In this document: one piece after another, positions 50,687-60,611 of the stretch
How positions within the stretch are numbered: position 1 is the stretch's first letter
How the letters are laid out: each line of letters begins with the position of its first letter
Origin: Gammaproteobacteria bacterium
GTDB lineage: Bacteria; Pseudomonadota; Gammaproteobacteria; JBCCGL01
Direction: 5' to 3'
DNA: 64,000 nucleotides
Assembly: GCA_965277715.1 (NCBI GenBank)
Contig: OZ255836.1
Coordinates: forward strand, 1,504,001-1,568,000
Notes under the pieces: generated by a model
Databases searched by the model: none
What the model saw: the letters and a program-made list of their open reading frames with translations, nothing else
What the model was told of the DNA's origin: nothing
Made by a program: the position numbers and the translations under genes

Positions 50687-51103
50687 ATGTATATCGACTA
50701 CACATCACTCGAAGCGCGATTCGGCGCTGCCGAGCTTATCGATTTAAGCAATACCGGTGGTGATGGTGAGTCGGTTGACATGCAGGTTATTAGTACAGCG
50801 ATGGATGATGCCACACGGTTAATCGATGGTTATATCGGTAGTCGAGTGAACCTACCGCTGACGCCTGCCCAGGTTGAACAAACGTCCTTGCAACGCATCG
50901 CGGCGGATGTCACCCGGTACTATCTCATGGATACCTTGGTCAGTGATGAGGTGAAAAAACGCTACGATGATGCCGTCAAGGTTTTGCGTGATGTTCAAAA
51001 AGGTGCGGTAACGCTGGGTGTTACCCCGCGTGGGGGAGCGACCTCGACGAATGTGTGCACTGTTTCCGAGGGTGAATCCCGTTTTGAGTGGGGGGCGTAC
51101 TAA
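50687..51103 (+). CDS. Head-tail adaptor (gp36/DUF1320)
   Basis: RFG..ELIDL, IDGYIGSRVNLPL, RYDDAVKVLRDV. Confidence 0.88.
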   Translation: MYIDYTSLEARFGAAELIDLSNTGGDGESVDMQVISTAMDDATRLIDGYIGSRVNLPLTPAQVEQTSLQRIAADVTRYYLMDTLVSDEVKKRYDDAVKVLRDVQKGAVTLGVTPRGGATSTNVCTVSEGESRFEWGAY

Positions 51104-51597
51104 TGTCAGGCGTAAGGCTGGAGCATGACAGTGCAGACCTGGCGAGGTTGACCGGATTCTTCAGCAATCTCATCGGCGCAGACACCTCACCCATGATGGA
51201 TGAAGTCGGCGCGCACGTGGTGAGCCGAACCGTGGGCCGATTGCACGATCAAGTCGACATCCACGGACAGCCGCTTGAGCCGTCACGCCGGGCTAAAGAT
51301 GAAGGCGGGAAAACCCTGATCGACCACGGACATTTACGTGACAGCTATACACACAATGTGACGAATGGAGGTGATAGTGTGGAAATTGGTAGCAACATGG
51401 TCTACGCCGCTATCCACCACTACGGCGGCAAGATTGTCCCGAAAACTGCTGGCGCTCTGCACTTCCAGATCGGTGACAGGCATATCATTGTAAAATCAGT
51501 CACGATGCCTGCCCGGCCCGTGTTGGGCATAGACGAGCAGGACGAGGACGATTTGCGGGATATTACGGGCGCTTTTATCGATGGTTTGGTCGCATGA
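51103..51597 (+). CDS. Virion morphogenesis protein (Mu gpG-like)
   Basis: LIDHGHLRDS, IGSNMVYAAIHHYGG, MPARPVLG. Confidence 0.88.
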   Translation: MSGVRLEHDSADLARLTGFFSNLIGADTSPMMDEVGAHVVSRTVGRLHDQVDIHGQPLEPSRRAKDEGGKTLIDHGHLRDSYTHNVTNGGDSVEIGSNMVYAAIHHYGGKIVPKTAGALHFQIGDRHIIVKSVTMPARPVLGIDEQDEDDLRDITGAFIDGLVA

Positions 51598-52091
51598 GTG
51601 CCGTGCAGCAGGTTATTGATGGTTTAGCGAGCCAGTACGGTACTGACTTAAAAGTCAGTGAATGCGGTGGCAGCATTGGCATTGCAGACTTGAAGCGCAG
51701 CGGCTTGACTAATCGACGCCCTACACTGTTGGTTAGTAGCTTGGGATTTGGTGGGCTGCACCAGTCTATTAACGCACGTTTCATGGTTGAGCAAATCATT
51801 GTGTACATCGCTGTGGCTGGTACGCCAGCGGTTGCAAATAAACAGTGCAGAGCACTGTCGGTGGATGTGTGTCGTTACTTCGCCCTGAACTCGCGAGCGT
51901 TTAGCTGTGAGCCGCTAGACAAATTAAATTTAAGGAATTTATTTAACGGACAAATTGAGCAAAACAATATCGCGTTATGGTCGTTGACGTTCAATGTATC
52001 TATTGCGCTTGAGTCGCAGCAAACCACAGCGTTTGATTTTTCCGTTTTCCACCAATCAACTTACCCAATCGAGGATATCAACGATGCCTAA
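51594..52091 (+). CDS. Putative tail terminator (gp37-like)
   Basis: Position before the sheath gene; LRNLFNG...ALWSLTF. Confidence 0.6.
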   Translation: MSAVQQVIDGLASQYGTDLKVSECGGSIGIADLKRSGLTNRRPTLLVSSLGFGGLHQSINARFMVEQIIVYIAVAGTPAVANKQCRALSVDVCRYFALNSRAFSCEPLDKLNLRNLFNGQIEQNNIALWSLTFNVSIALESQQTTAFDFSVFHQSTYPIEDINDA

Positions 52092-52287
52092 GAAACAGGC
52101 CGAGGCAGTGCCCGAGGTAATGCCTGCCCCTACACCGCCGCCAAAAATTGGCGACACGATCACTATTAAGCCAGCCTCCGGTCGAATTATCCAGGGTGTT
52201 ACACGTGAAGCACGCGTGACTGTCAATGCCCATTTATTGCGCTTAATTGCCGACGGCGATGTATTAATTAAGGAGCCAAAAAAATGA
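52084..52287 (+). CDS. Small pre-sheath protein (gp38/DUF2635-like)
   Basis: IKPASGR...RLIADGDV. Confidence 0.6.
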   Translation: MPKKQAEAVPEVMPAPTPPPKIGDTITIKPASGRIIQGVTREARVTVNAHLLRLIADGDVLIKEPKK

Positions 52288-53804
52288 GCTTAACGAATTT
52301 AATTTCACTGAATTATTTAGTGCCGACTGTTAAACACCAAGTCGAGCCTGACCGCCGTGTGCGAGGTTTGAGCGGTATGCCTCGCCGGTTGTTACTCATA
52401 GGCCAAGCCAGTGGCGATATTGCGCTTAATAAGGTGTGTACAGTCACCACTGAAAAGAACGCGATCACGGCGTTAGGTGAAGGTAGCCAGCTTATGGGGA
52501 TGTGGCGGGGCGCGTATCGTAACGCTGCGCCTGGCTTGCCGATTGATGTGATCGCACTGGAAACCCCGAGCACGGCAAAGGCCGCAATATTCGCGGTTGA
52601 TGTGGTGGCTAACACGGTTCAAGCCGGGGCATGCCGGTTGTACATCGGTGGTGAATTGGTGCGCATCGGTGTGGCTAAAGACGCCAGCGCGGCGGCAATT
52701 GCCGGTGATTTGCGCACGGCGGTTAATGCGAATGATTCACTGCCAATGGTTGCCAGCGGTACCTCTGCAGAAATCATATTGACGTGCAAAACACCCGGCG
52801 CCGCAGGTAATAGCATTGATGTGCGTACTAGCTACTATGACGATGATGTGCTGGCTCAGGGCTTGACTTTAACAGTCACAAGCATGAATGTTGGTGCAGA
52901 TATACCCGATTTATCCCAGAATCCCTTGTTGGCAAACTCACTTTCGTTGATGACTGGTGGTGCAGGTACGCCCGATTTATCACCTGTCATTGTTGCGCTG
53001 CAAAACAAGCGCCCGACTGAGGTCGTGTGCCCGTACACCGACAGCGCCAGCCTTGCAATGCTTGAGCTTGAAGCCGAGCGGCGCTGGAATGCCGAGGGTG
53101 CGACTGACTTCCAGGTGATCAGCGCGGTGCGCGGTACCGAGGGACAGTTAACCGCGTTTGCGGCTAACCGCAATAGCCCAATGGCGCACACTATCGCAAC
53201 GCGGGCGGATATGACTAGCCCGTGGGTAACCGCCGCGATGGCCGGGGCGGTGATTGAGAGTGTTAATAATACTGACCCTGCGTTTCCTTATGCCAATTCT
53301 CAATTGGTGGGGTATCTACCGGCGACAGACGAAGACGCGCTTGTACCAGACCAGCAGAATAACTTGCTCAACGCCGGGCTATCTGTGCTGTTGAGTAACA
53401 ACAACCGTGGCTACCTGAACCGCTGCGTGACCAATACAACAGAGACGGCGAGAGGCGCCAAGGATGAAGATTGGCGCAACCTTAACTGGGTGAAAACCAA
53501 TAGTTATTGGCGGTGGTTTTGCGTCAATGAGTGGCTCAAGCGCATCGGTGAGTACAAGCTGACGACGGACGCGGAGATACCCGCCGGGCAGCCGATTATG
53601 AATACATCACTGGCGCAGGAAACACAGCTATCGTTTTATGACGCGTTTGTTAGCGCTGGTCTTATGCGTGACCTGGCTGGGTACACTGATGAGATGCTGG
53701 TGGAGATCGACACATCATACGGCAAGGTGAAAATCCAGGACTACCCGCGCTTGATCACGCAACACTACCAGACTGAAATTAGCAGCGCGTTTCTAACCGC
53801 ATAG
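52284..53804 (+). CDS. Contractile tail sheath protein
   Basis: LLIGQ, GEGSQL, GAAGNSI, GAGTPDL, NNLLNAGLS. Confidence 0.88.
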   Translation: MSLTNLISLNYLVPTVKHQVEPDRRVRGLSGMPRRLLLIGQASGDIALNKVCTVTTEKNAITALGEGSQLMGMWRGAYRNAAPGLPIDVIALETPSTAKAAIFAVDVVANTVQAGACRLYIGGELVRIGVAKDASAAAIAGDLRTAVNANDSLPMVASGTSAEIILTCKTPGAAGNSIDVRTSYYDDDVLAQGLTLTVTSMNVGADIPDLSQNPLLANSLSLMTGGAGTPDLSPVIVALQNKRPTEVVCPYTDSASLAMLELEAERRWNAEGATDFQVISAVRGTEGQLTAFAANRNSPMAHTIATRADMTSPWVTAAMAGAVIESVNNTDPAFPYANSQLVGYLPATDEDALVPDQQNNLLNAGLSVLLSNNNRGYLNRCVTNTTETARGAKDEDWRNLNWVKTNSYWRWFCVNEWLKRIGEYKLTTDAEIPAGQPIMNTSLAQETQLSFYDAFVSAGLMRDLAGYTDEMLVEIDTSYGKVKIQDYPRLITQHYQTEISSAFLTA

Positions 53805-53814
53805 GGGGCAAATC

Positions 53815-54180
53815 ATGGCTGACAATTGTATTTATAAAATCGACTCGATCACTGTCGATGGCTCGGTGCTGGCTATTGAGGAAGGCAGTGCTACATTAAT
53901 GAACGCCACGGGTGTCGAGCGCGAGGGTAAACCCAGCGCATCCGGCCCGGATTTTTACATCACAAAACAAGTCGAGCGGTCGATAAAAGCGAAGGTGCAG
54001 TTCGGCACGGGGGTCGACCCCGTGTCATTGAACGTGACAAACGCGCAAATCGTCTTGACGAATGTCCACACCAATCGCCGGGCACGTTGCACCGGCTGTG
54101 CAACGAAGTCTGTCGGTGAAATCGGCAATGGCGCGGTTGATGTCGAGTACATTATAACGGAGCAAATCCAATGGCTATAG
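53815..54180 (+). CDS. Tail tube protein
   Basis: 121 aa directly after the sheath gene; ITVDG. Confidence 0.75.
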   Translation: MADNCIYKIDSITVDGSVLAIEEGSATLMNATGVEREGKPSASGPDFYITKQVERSIKAKVQFGTGVDPVSLNVTNAQIVLTNVHTNRRARCTGCATKSVGEIGNGAVDVEYIITEQIQWL

Positions 54181-54731
54181 ATGCACTTTATACGCTAACG
54201 CTGGTCGATGGCCTGGAAACATCGACGGCAGACGGTAACACGCAGCGGTACCATAAGGTAACGCTGCGCGAGACGACTGTCGAAGATGAGGCGGCGGCTG
54301 TTCGGCTGTCTGAAAGCGTAATGACGCTAAACAATCGACCGGTGCTGTTGACCAATGATGACCGCTACACGCGGGCGTTGACGATGCTATCAATCGATAA
54401 GTTTGAGGGTGGCGGTTTGCCGATTGATCGGTCGTTAATTGATGATCCGCTCGTGGGCAAGTTGAGTCGACTGGATTGGTCTGCAATTGAACAGCGGTTG
54501 ATTGTGATTGATGCTGCCGCGCAGTTACGCCACGGCTTGATTAATCAATCGCAATTCGATGAATTGTATGCTGGGGTGATGCCTAAAGGGCCACAATCGC
54601 GAGAGTCCGCAGGCGCGGCTAGTGCAGTATCAAACGCTGACGTTGCGACTAGCGGCGCGCCTGAATTGCTCAATGATCGAGCTGGAAAAAATGCCGATAG
54701 CCCGGCTGTTATGCTTGTGTCGCACGCTTAA
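54171..54731 (+). CDS. Tail assembly chaperone (gp41-like)
   Basis: LTLVDGL, VTLRETTVED, KLSRLD; between the tube and tape measure genes. Confidence 0.75.
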   Translation: MAIDALYTLTLVDGLETSTADGNTQRYHKVTLRETTVEDEAAAVRLSESVMTLNNRPVLLTNDDRYTRALTMLSIDKFEGGGLPIDRSLIDDPLVGKLSRLDWSAIEQRLIVIDAAAQLRHGLINQSQFDELYAGVMPKGPQSRESAGAASAVSNADVATSGAPELLNDRAGKNADSPAVMLVSHA

Positions 54732-54736
54732 AAACG

Positions 54737-57166
54737 ATGCCTGATTTTAATTACAGCCTTGGTGTCGATCTCAAGGGAAACCTCGACCGCCGGGCGCGCC
54801 AGATGGGTGCAAGTAGTGAGAAGCTGGCGCGGCGGCATAATCGCGCTATGACAGGGATGCAAGCAGTCACCCGGCGGGCGTTTAGCAGTATGCGCCAAGC
54901 GGCTGACCGGAGCGCTAAGTACTTGGCAGCCGGTGCGGTTGCCGGTACGGTTTTGGCAACCAAGCACATCGTTGACTTTGATGAGCGTATCCGGCAGCTT
55001 GGTGTGAATGCCGGTAAAAGCGGTGTGGAATTAGATGCTTTTACCGACAGGGCCAAAGATAAAATCCAACAGGCGGCGCAGGAATTTAAGATCAGCCGTG
55101 ATGCGATAACAGACGCGCTCGATAAGATGATAACCAACACAGGTGATTTTGAGGTTGCCGAAAATAATATATACAACCTCGCGGCGGCGATGCGTGCGAC
55201 AGCCGCCGATGGCGCTTCACTTGGTGGTGTGCTGGGTGAGCTGCAAAAAAAAGGGATAGACAGTGCAGGGGAAGTCGAGCGCGTGTTTGATCTACTCACT
55301 GCACAGGGGAAAATGGGCGCGTTTACATTTAAAGATTTTGGCACGGAAGGCGAAAAAATATTTGCAACCTACGCGCCAAAAAATGAACATGAAATTGCAG
55401 AAATGGGTGCGGTTGCGCAGTTTACACGGCGCTCTGTTTCATCTGCTGCGGAAACCGCGACGGCTATCAATAGTTTTATTTCAGAAATAAACGATCCTGC
55501 AAAACAAAAGCTGTTGCGCGACAAAGCGGGTATTGATGTAAAGGACTATGACTCAATCCCTAACTTGATTGTCGATCTGATAAAAGCATCAGGCGGTGAC
55601 AGATCACGGCTGGGTACTGTATTTGGGCAGGAGTCAATAAAGGTGCTGTTAGACGCCATGAATTTGCACACCAGTGGCGGGGATGTGCGTGCCGAGTTTG
55701 ATCGTTTTATTAATGTCGACAGCAAAGGCGTGGTTGCAACCGATGCCGCCGACATGTCAAAAACCGCTAAAGCACAAACACGCGGTGCCACGGAAGCGAT
55801 TAAAGCCGCGCTCGATAAAAAATTGTCTCAACCGATACAGGATTTTGCTGCCGCTATCTCTGAATTGGAAACGGGCAAATTAGATGATCTGTTAACCCAA
55901 GCCGGGTATCTCGCTGGGGGGTTTGCCGGGCTTTACGCGCTGATAAAAACATATCAAGGCGGTAAATGGATCGCGAGTATGTTTACAGGCACGGATGGTC
56001 TCGCCAGTGACATTGCAAGTCAGCTCGGTGATGCAGTCAAGCTCGATATCGCGGATCCTCTGCCTGTGGTCATTCGTAAGCCAAAAGCGGGCGCGAATCA
56101 AAATTCCCGTGAGAAAAATGAGGCGGCTGCAAACAACGGCAACGGCAGCAAAAGGGGCAAAAAAAAATCAGGCAAAAAAAAACCGGGCAAGGGCTTGGCT
56201 GTTGCGCCAGGTACTGAGGCGTCGGTCACGTCATCAGGTTCTCAAATCTCTACCGGTGGCGATGGCCGGTTATTAAGCAAGGCGCCAGGCGCGTTTGACG
56301 GTTTTGAAAAATTGTCTCCTAATACGCGCAGTGCGTCACCGGAGGCTTTGCGTGCCATTTTGGGGGAGTATTTTCCGCCGTTACTGATGGGCTGGGATCT
56401 GGGCTCACGTGTGGCGGAGTGGACGGAAGAAACGATTGTAGGGCGTGGCGTTGATCAGACGCTGGCGTTTTTGGGATCCGATCATGCCCGGCGCCAGGTG
56501 CAGGCAAGAGCTAAACAACAGGCGCATGATGCCGCGATTGACCGATACGTTGCATCACTTAATGAGCGCGGCGGCGCAAGCAATCTCTCGGGGTTATATG
56601 TGAGGTCTCAGCAGTCTGGCACCCGTCTCGGTTCTGATACGGTTGCGCTATCTCGTGGACACGCCCGGTTCCTTTACCAGACGCCGGAGGATCGGGCGCG
56701 TGATATGAAAATGACACCATTGGTTGATGTCGTCCAGCCGCCTCGGACGGAATTCACCCCAGTAGTCGACATTAACCGTCCGGCAAGTCAGCGGGTTACA
56801 CCGTTGTTTGATATTGCCCAGCCGCCACCTGTAAAACTAGGCCCATTAGTTGATGTTAACCAGGGCCAGGTCAAACCCAAACACGCCCCGTTCGCTCGCC
56901 GCTCGTTCGCGCAAGATCGAGCACAGATGATGGCGTTGACGGACAAACATTTACGCGACGTGCAATCACCATCAGCACAGGTAACCAACATAGACAACAG
57001 CGAGACGATTGTCGGCGCTAAAGAGGGGAAGCAGCAGGGCGGCGAAATCGCGGTAAAAGTCGAAGTCAACCACACTCATCAAACAGCGCAAGTGTCAACG
57101 AAGGCGCGGGGCCGTGGCGGTCTGTACATGCGCACATATAACACAGCCAGGGAGGTCCACCAGTAA
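54737..57166 (+). CDS. Tape measure protein
   Basis: A-rich helical; QGKMGAF, LGTVFGQE tape-measure core; 809 aa. Confidence 0.88.
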   Translation: MPDFNYSLGVDLKGNLDRRARQMGASSEKLARRHNRAMTGMQAVTRRAFSSMRQAADRSAKYLAAGAVAGTVLATKHIVDFDERIRQLGVNAGKSGVELDAFTDRAKDKIQQAAQEFKISRDAITDALDKMITNTGDFEVAENNIYNLAAAMRATAADGASLGGVLGELQKKGIDSAGEVERVFDLLTAQGKMGAFTFKDFGTEGEKIFATYAPKNEHEIAEMGAVAQFTRRSVSSAAETATAINSFISEINDPAKQKLLRDKAGIDVKDYDSIPNLIVDLIKASGGDRSRLGTVFGQESIKVLLDAMNLHTSGGDVRAEFDRFINVDSKGVVATDAADMSKTAKAQTRGATEAIKAALDKKLSQPIQDFAAAISELETGKLDDLLTQAGYLAGGFAGLYALIKTYQGGKWIASMFTGTDGLASDIASQLGDAVKLDIADPLPVVIRKPKAGANQNSREKNEAAANNGNGSKRGKKKSGKKKPGKGLAVAPGTEASVTSSGSQISTGGDGRLLSKAPGAFDGFEKLSPNTRSASPEALRAILGEYFPPLLMGWDLGSRVAEWTEETIVGRGVDQTLAFLGSDHARRQVQARAKQQAHDAAIDRYVASLNERGGASNLSGLYVRSQQSGTRLGSDTVALSRGHARFLYQTPEDRARDMKMTPLVDVVQPPRTEFTPVVDINRPASQRVTPLFDIAQPPPVKLGPLVDVNQGQVKPKHAPFARRSFAQDRAQMMALTDKHLRDVQSPSAQVTNIDNSETIVGAKEGKQQGGEIAVKVEVNHTHQTAQVSTKARGRGGLYMRTYNTAREVHQ

Positions 57167-58515
57167 TGACTTGGTTTGATCAGTTACAACCGGCGAGTTT
57201 TAAGGATGTGCCATTCCATGTTGACAGCAGCCAGGTTACAGAAGGTGATGCAAGTGTCATTCGTGGGTACCCATTCCAAGACCTTCCTAGCTACCAATCG
57301 ATGGGGGAAGGCCAAGACGAAATAAAGCTAAGCGCTTACGTGATCGGTGAAGATGCGGTCGAAAAGCGCGACAAATTGCGCGAGGTACTGCGCGGTGAGG
57401 GTGTACTGATTCACCCGACACGCGGTGCAATGCGTGTGTTTGTGCAGGGCAGATTCAGTTGGCGTGAAGCGTATGTTACGCAAGGCTGTGTAACGCGCTT
57501 CGATGTGACATTTGTCCGCGCTGGTGAGGCGCAGGCACGGCGTTACCCACAGGCGATAGCCAACCCGAAAGCGCAGCTAAAAGACGCGACACAAGCCACT
57601 ACCGAGGCATTGGCAGAGTCTTTTACATTAGACTTTGACGGTGCCGGTTATCTGCGCATCGATGCGCTATCGACGCTGTGGTCTATGGTTGCAAAAATCG
57701 AAGGGTACTTTGATTCAGTGCATAGCGAGATAGCCGCAACGGCGGCGTTTGCTAGGAACGTATCGAGCCTTCGCGGGCGTCTTGAGTCGTTGCTAAGTCG
57801 CCCGGCTGATTTGATCACTGATCTTCAAAACCTGCTCGCTCTGGGTGACAATATAAGCGCTACTCAAGCCCAGGCAAACTACACCGCTGCTGTGCGTTTG
57901 AGTGATCTGTTTAAAGGCGGCAACTTGACATCGACATCGGCTGCAAACGGCTCGAACTCCGTCGATGATGGGGAGGCGGTACCGGCAGGTAACGGCTCAA
58001 ATTCAAGCGCTGTTGAGGGATCGATATCCACGGGCAGCGGTTCGTTATATAACGTCAATATATCTGTGCCAATGGCATCACCGTATGTAACGCCGAGCCG
58101 GATTAAACAACAACAAAATACCGTCGCTATTTATCGTGCTGTACAGGTCTTGGCATTGACTCATGCGGCCACGGCTATTGCACACGTCGACGCGATGCCA
58201 CTGCCACAGCTCGCGGCAACCCGTGAGCACTTGCACAAAGGCATCACAGCGCTGCTGTTGCAGGCTGACAATCAAGTATTGAGCCAATCTTTGAGCAACT
58301 TACACACTGTTTCGATGCTACACATTAATAGTATGAGCGGCTATCACAGGGTAAGCTCTTACACAGACGCACAGGGTGCGCCGCTAGTCGTGACTTGTTA
58401 CCACTTATATGGCAACACAAAACACATTGACGAACTGCGGGGAAACAACCCACATATCGCTCATCCGTTGCTTGTCAGCGCAAACACCGAATTGCAGGTG
58501 GTAGCGCATGGCTGA
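57166..58515 (+). CDS. DNA circularization protein (Mu gpN-like)
   Basis: WFDQLQPASFKDVPF, LIHPTRG, LYG...NPHIAHPL. Confidence 0.88.
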   Translation: MTWFDQLQPASFKDVPFHVDSSQVTEGDASVIRGYPFQDLPSYQSMGEGQDEIKLSAYVIGEDAVEKRDKLREVLRGEGVLIHPTRGAMRVFVQGRFSWREAYVTQGCVTRFDVTFVRAGEAQARRYPQAIANPKAQLKDATQATTEALAESFTLDFDGAGYLRIDALSTLWSMVAKIEGYFDSVHSEIAATAAFARNVSSLRGRLESLLSRPADLITDLQNLLALGDNISATQAQANYTAAVRLSDLFKGGNLTSTSAANGSNSVDDGEAVPAGNGSNSSAVEGSISTGSGSLYNVNISVPMASPYVTPSRIKQQQNTVAIYRAVQVLALTHAATAIAHVDAMPLPQLAATREHLHKGITALLLQADNQVLSQSLSNLHTVSMLHINSMSGYHRVSSYTDAQGAPLVVTCYHLYGNTKHIDELRGNNPHIAHPLLVSANTELQVVAHG

Positions 58516-59584
58516 AATCACTGTAACCGCAAACGGTGTGGATTTGACGGGTTGGTTTGATGCAACGGTCGAACGCTCTATCGAAACGATTGCCGGGCGC
58601 TTCAGCTTTAATACAGACTTCTACCCTGGGCAACCGCGCCCCGTGCATCGACAGGATGCAGTGGAAATTCGTATCGGTGATGTGCTGGTAATGACAGGCT
58701 ACGTGCTCGCAGCAGAGCCGTATTATGCAAAAGACGACATCGGTTTACAGGTAGCGGGCAGAGACCGCACGGGTGACCTTGCGGTATGCGCCGCGCTGTA
58801 CCCCACAGGTCATTGGATAAATAAAACACTCGACACAATCGCTCGTGATTTATGCCAACCTTACGGCATCACTGTCGTTGTCGATGCGGTCATCGGCGCA
58901 CCACTGCGCCGATTTGAACTGAACCAAGGCGAGAGCGTTGCCGAGGCTATTTCACGCGCTGCAAAGTATCGCGGTGTGTTGGTAACCCGTGACGATTTGG
59001 GCAACTTATTATTGACAACGGCGGGCAAAACCAAAGCCCCGGCAGCTATTGTGCTAGGTGATGCTGGCAACGTAATACAAGCAAAAAGCGCAGGCAGTGA
59101 CGATGAACGATTCAGTGATTATATCTGTACCGGCCAGGCCGAGCTGAGCTGGGGGAGTGACTTAGAAACGACACGCAAATCAACAGCAAAAGACCCTCAT
59201 ATCATGCGCTATTTACCGATGCTGACGGTTGCAGATACACCAAGCGATACAACGGAATTGCAGCAGCAAGCGGAGCAGCTCGCACGCTTGCATTATGCCC
59301 GTGCCCAAGCATACACATACACAGTCGAGGGATGGGAAGCAGGAAGCGGCATTTGGTCACCAAACACCCGCGTGGCGGTATATGACGCGGCAATGGGCCA
59401 TGATGGAAACGAGCTATTGATTGTGTCCACAGCCGCCAAAGCGGATAAGGAAAACGGGGATATTACAGAGATTACTGTAGCGCCGATTGAAGCGTGGCAA
59501 CAGCGACCGCTGCCGGAACCGGCAGCGAACAATGACACATCAAGCGGCTGGCGGAAAAGGCAAGACGACGGGACATTTCTGTGA
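58508..59584 (+). CDS. Baseplate hub (gp44/P-like)
   Basis: GRDRTGDL, GESVAEAI, ERFSDY, WSPN. Confidence 0.88.
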   Translation: MAEITVTANGVDLTGWFDATVERSIETIAGRFSFNTDFYPGQPRPVHRQDAVEIRIGDVLVMTGYVLAAEPYYAKDDIGLQVAGRDRTGDLAVCAALYPTGHWINKTLDTIARDLCQPYGITVVVDAVIGAPLRRFELNQGESVAEAISRAAKYRGVLVTRDDLGNLLLTTAGKTKAPAAIVLGDAGNVIQAKSAGSDDERFSDYICTGQAELSWGSDLETTRKSTAKDPHIMRYLPMLTVADTPSDTTELQQQAEQLARLHYARAQAYTYTVEGWEAGSGIWSPNTRVAVYDAAMGHDGNELLIVSTAAKADKENGDITEITVAPIEAWQQRPLPEPAANNDTSSGWRKRQDDGTFL

Positions 59585-60075
59585 TGCGTGCGCAAATCAA
59601 TAATTTGATTACCCGAGCCGTTTTGGTCAGTTTGAAATACGCAGGCGCGTTACAGGTTGCCACAGTGACAGTCGGCGATAATGAAGCGCCGGTTGATGTT
59701 GAATACCACGAACCATACGGATACACGAGCAGACCAGCGCGAGCCGTTGGGCTAATGCTTAAAGTCGCCGGGCATCGCTTCATCATAGCGTTGAATGATT
59801 TGCAAACAGCCCCGAAACAATTATCGATTGATGATGTGATGGTGTGGCACCGGGAAGGGGATTTTGTGCACTTAAAAGGAAATGGTGACATCGAAATCAA
59901 AGCGGCAACACGGGTGCTTATCGACACCCCGGAGGCTGAATTTACGGGCAACATAAAAGCCCACGGTGACATCATCGATAATATCGTAACAAACAGTAAT
60001 AACGTCGCTGATATGCGCGACATTTACAACGGCCACAACCACCCTACCACCAGCGCGGCGGTGCAAAAACAATGA
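59581..60075 (+). CDS. Baseplate spike (gp45-like)
   Basis: EPYGYTSRP, MRDIYNGHNH (HxH tip). Confidence 0.88.
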   Translation: MMRAQINNLITRAVLVSLKYAGALQVATVTVGDNEAPVDVEYHEPYGYTSRPARAVGLMLKVAGHRFIIALNDLQTAPKQLSIDDVMVWHREGDFVHLKGNGDIEIKAATRVLIDTPEAEFTGNIKAHGDIIDNIVTNSNNVADMRDIYNGHNHPTTSAAVQKQ

Positions 60076-60611
60076 GCGATATAGCGACAGTTACAGGTAC
60101 ATGCTATCCGTTCGATTGGGCGCTCGCCGGTACCGGCGAGACCCTGACGCGATACCACTATTATAGCCCGGCGCAGGGCGTCACTGTGCGCGCAGAAGCC
60201 ACAACCGAGGCGGATTTGCAGCGTGATAATACACTGCACACAGCGGTTATCTTGTCGTTATTCAGTGACCGACGTGCGGACACAGGCCAGGCTTTGCCCT
60301 ATGGCCAGACAGCGAGGCGGGGCTGGTGTGGTGAATCGACAATGCTCGAAATAGACCAATCATGGGGTAGCCATTTGTGGCTCGCGTATATCAGCAAAAC
60401 AACTGCCGAGCGCCGGGAATTTATGCAATTTGCCGCCAGTGAATCACTGGCATGGATGAAGGCCGCAGGCATCGTTGACCGCCTGGAAGTCGGCGCAGAC
60501 TGGCTTGACGCGCAACGCCTGGGATTAACTGTGCAGCTCTATAAAGCCGCTGATTTGCCGCCAGCATATGACCGCGTGTGGTCGCTAACCGTTGGGGATG
60601 CAAATGCCTAA
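60072..60611 (+). CDS. Baseplate protein gp46-like
   Basis: AVILSLFSDRRA, RRGW, GSHLW, ESLAWM. Confidence 0.88.
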   Translation: MSDIATVTGTCYPFDWALAGTGETLTRYHYYSPAQGVTVRAEATTEADLQRDNTLHTAVILSLFSDRRADTGQALPYGQTARRGWCGESTMLEIDQSWGSHLWLAYISKTTAERREFMQFAASESLAWMKAAGIVDRLEVGADWLDAQRLGLTVQLYKAADLPPAYDRVWSLTVGDANA

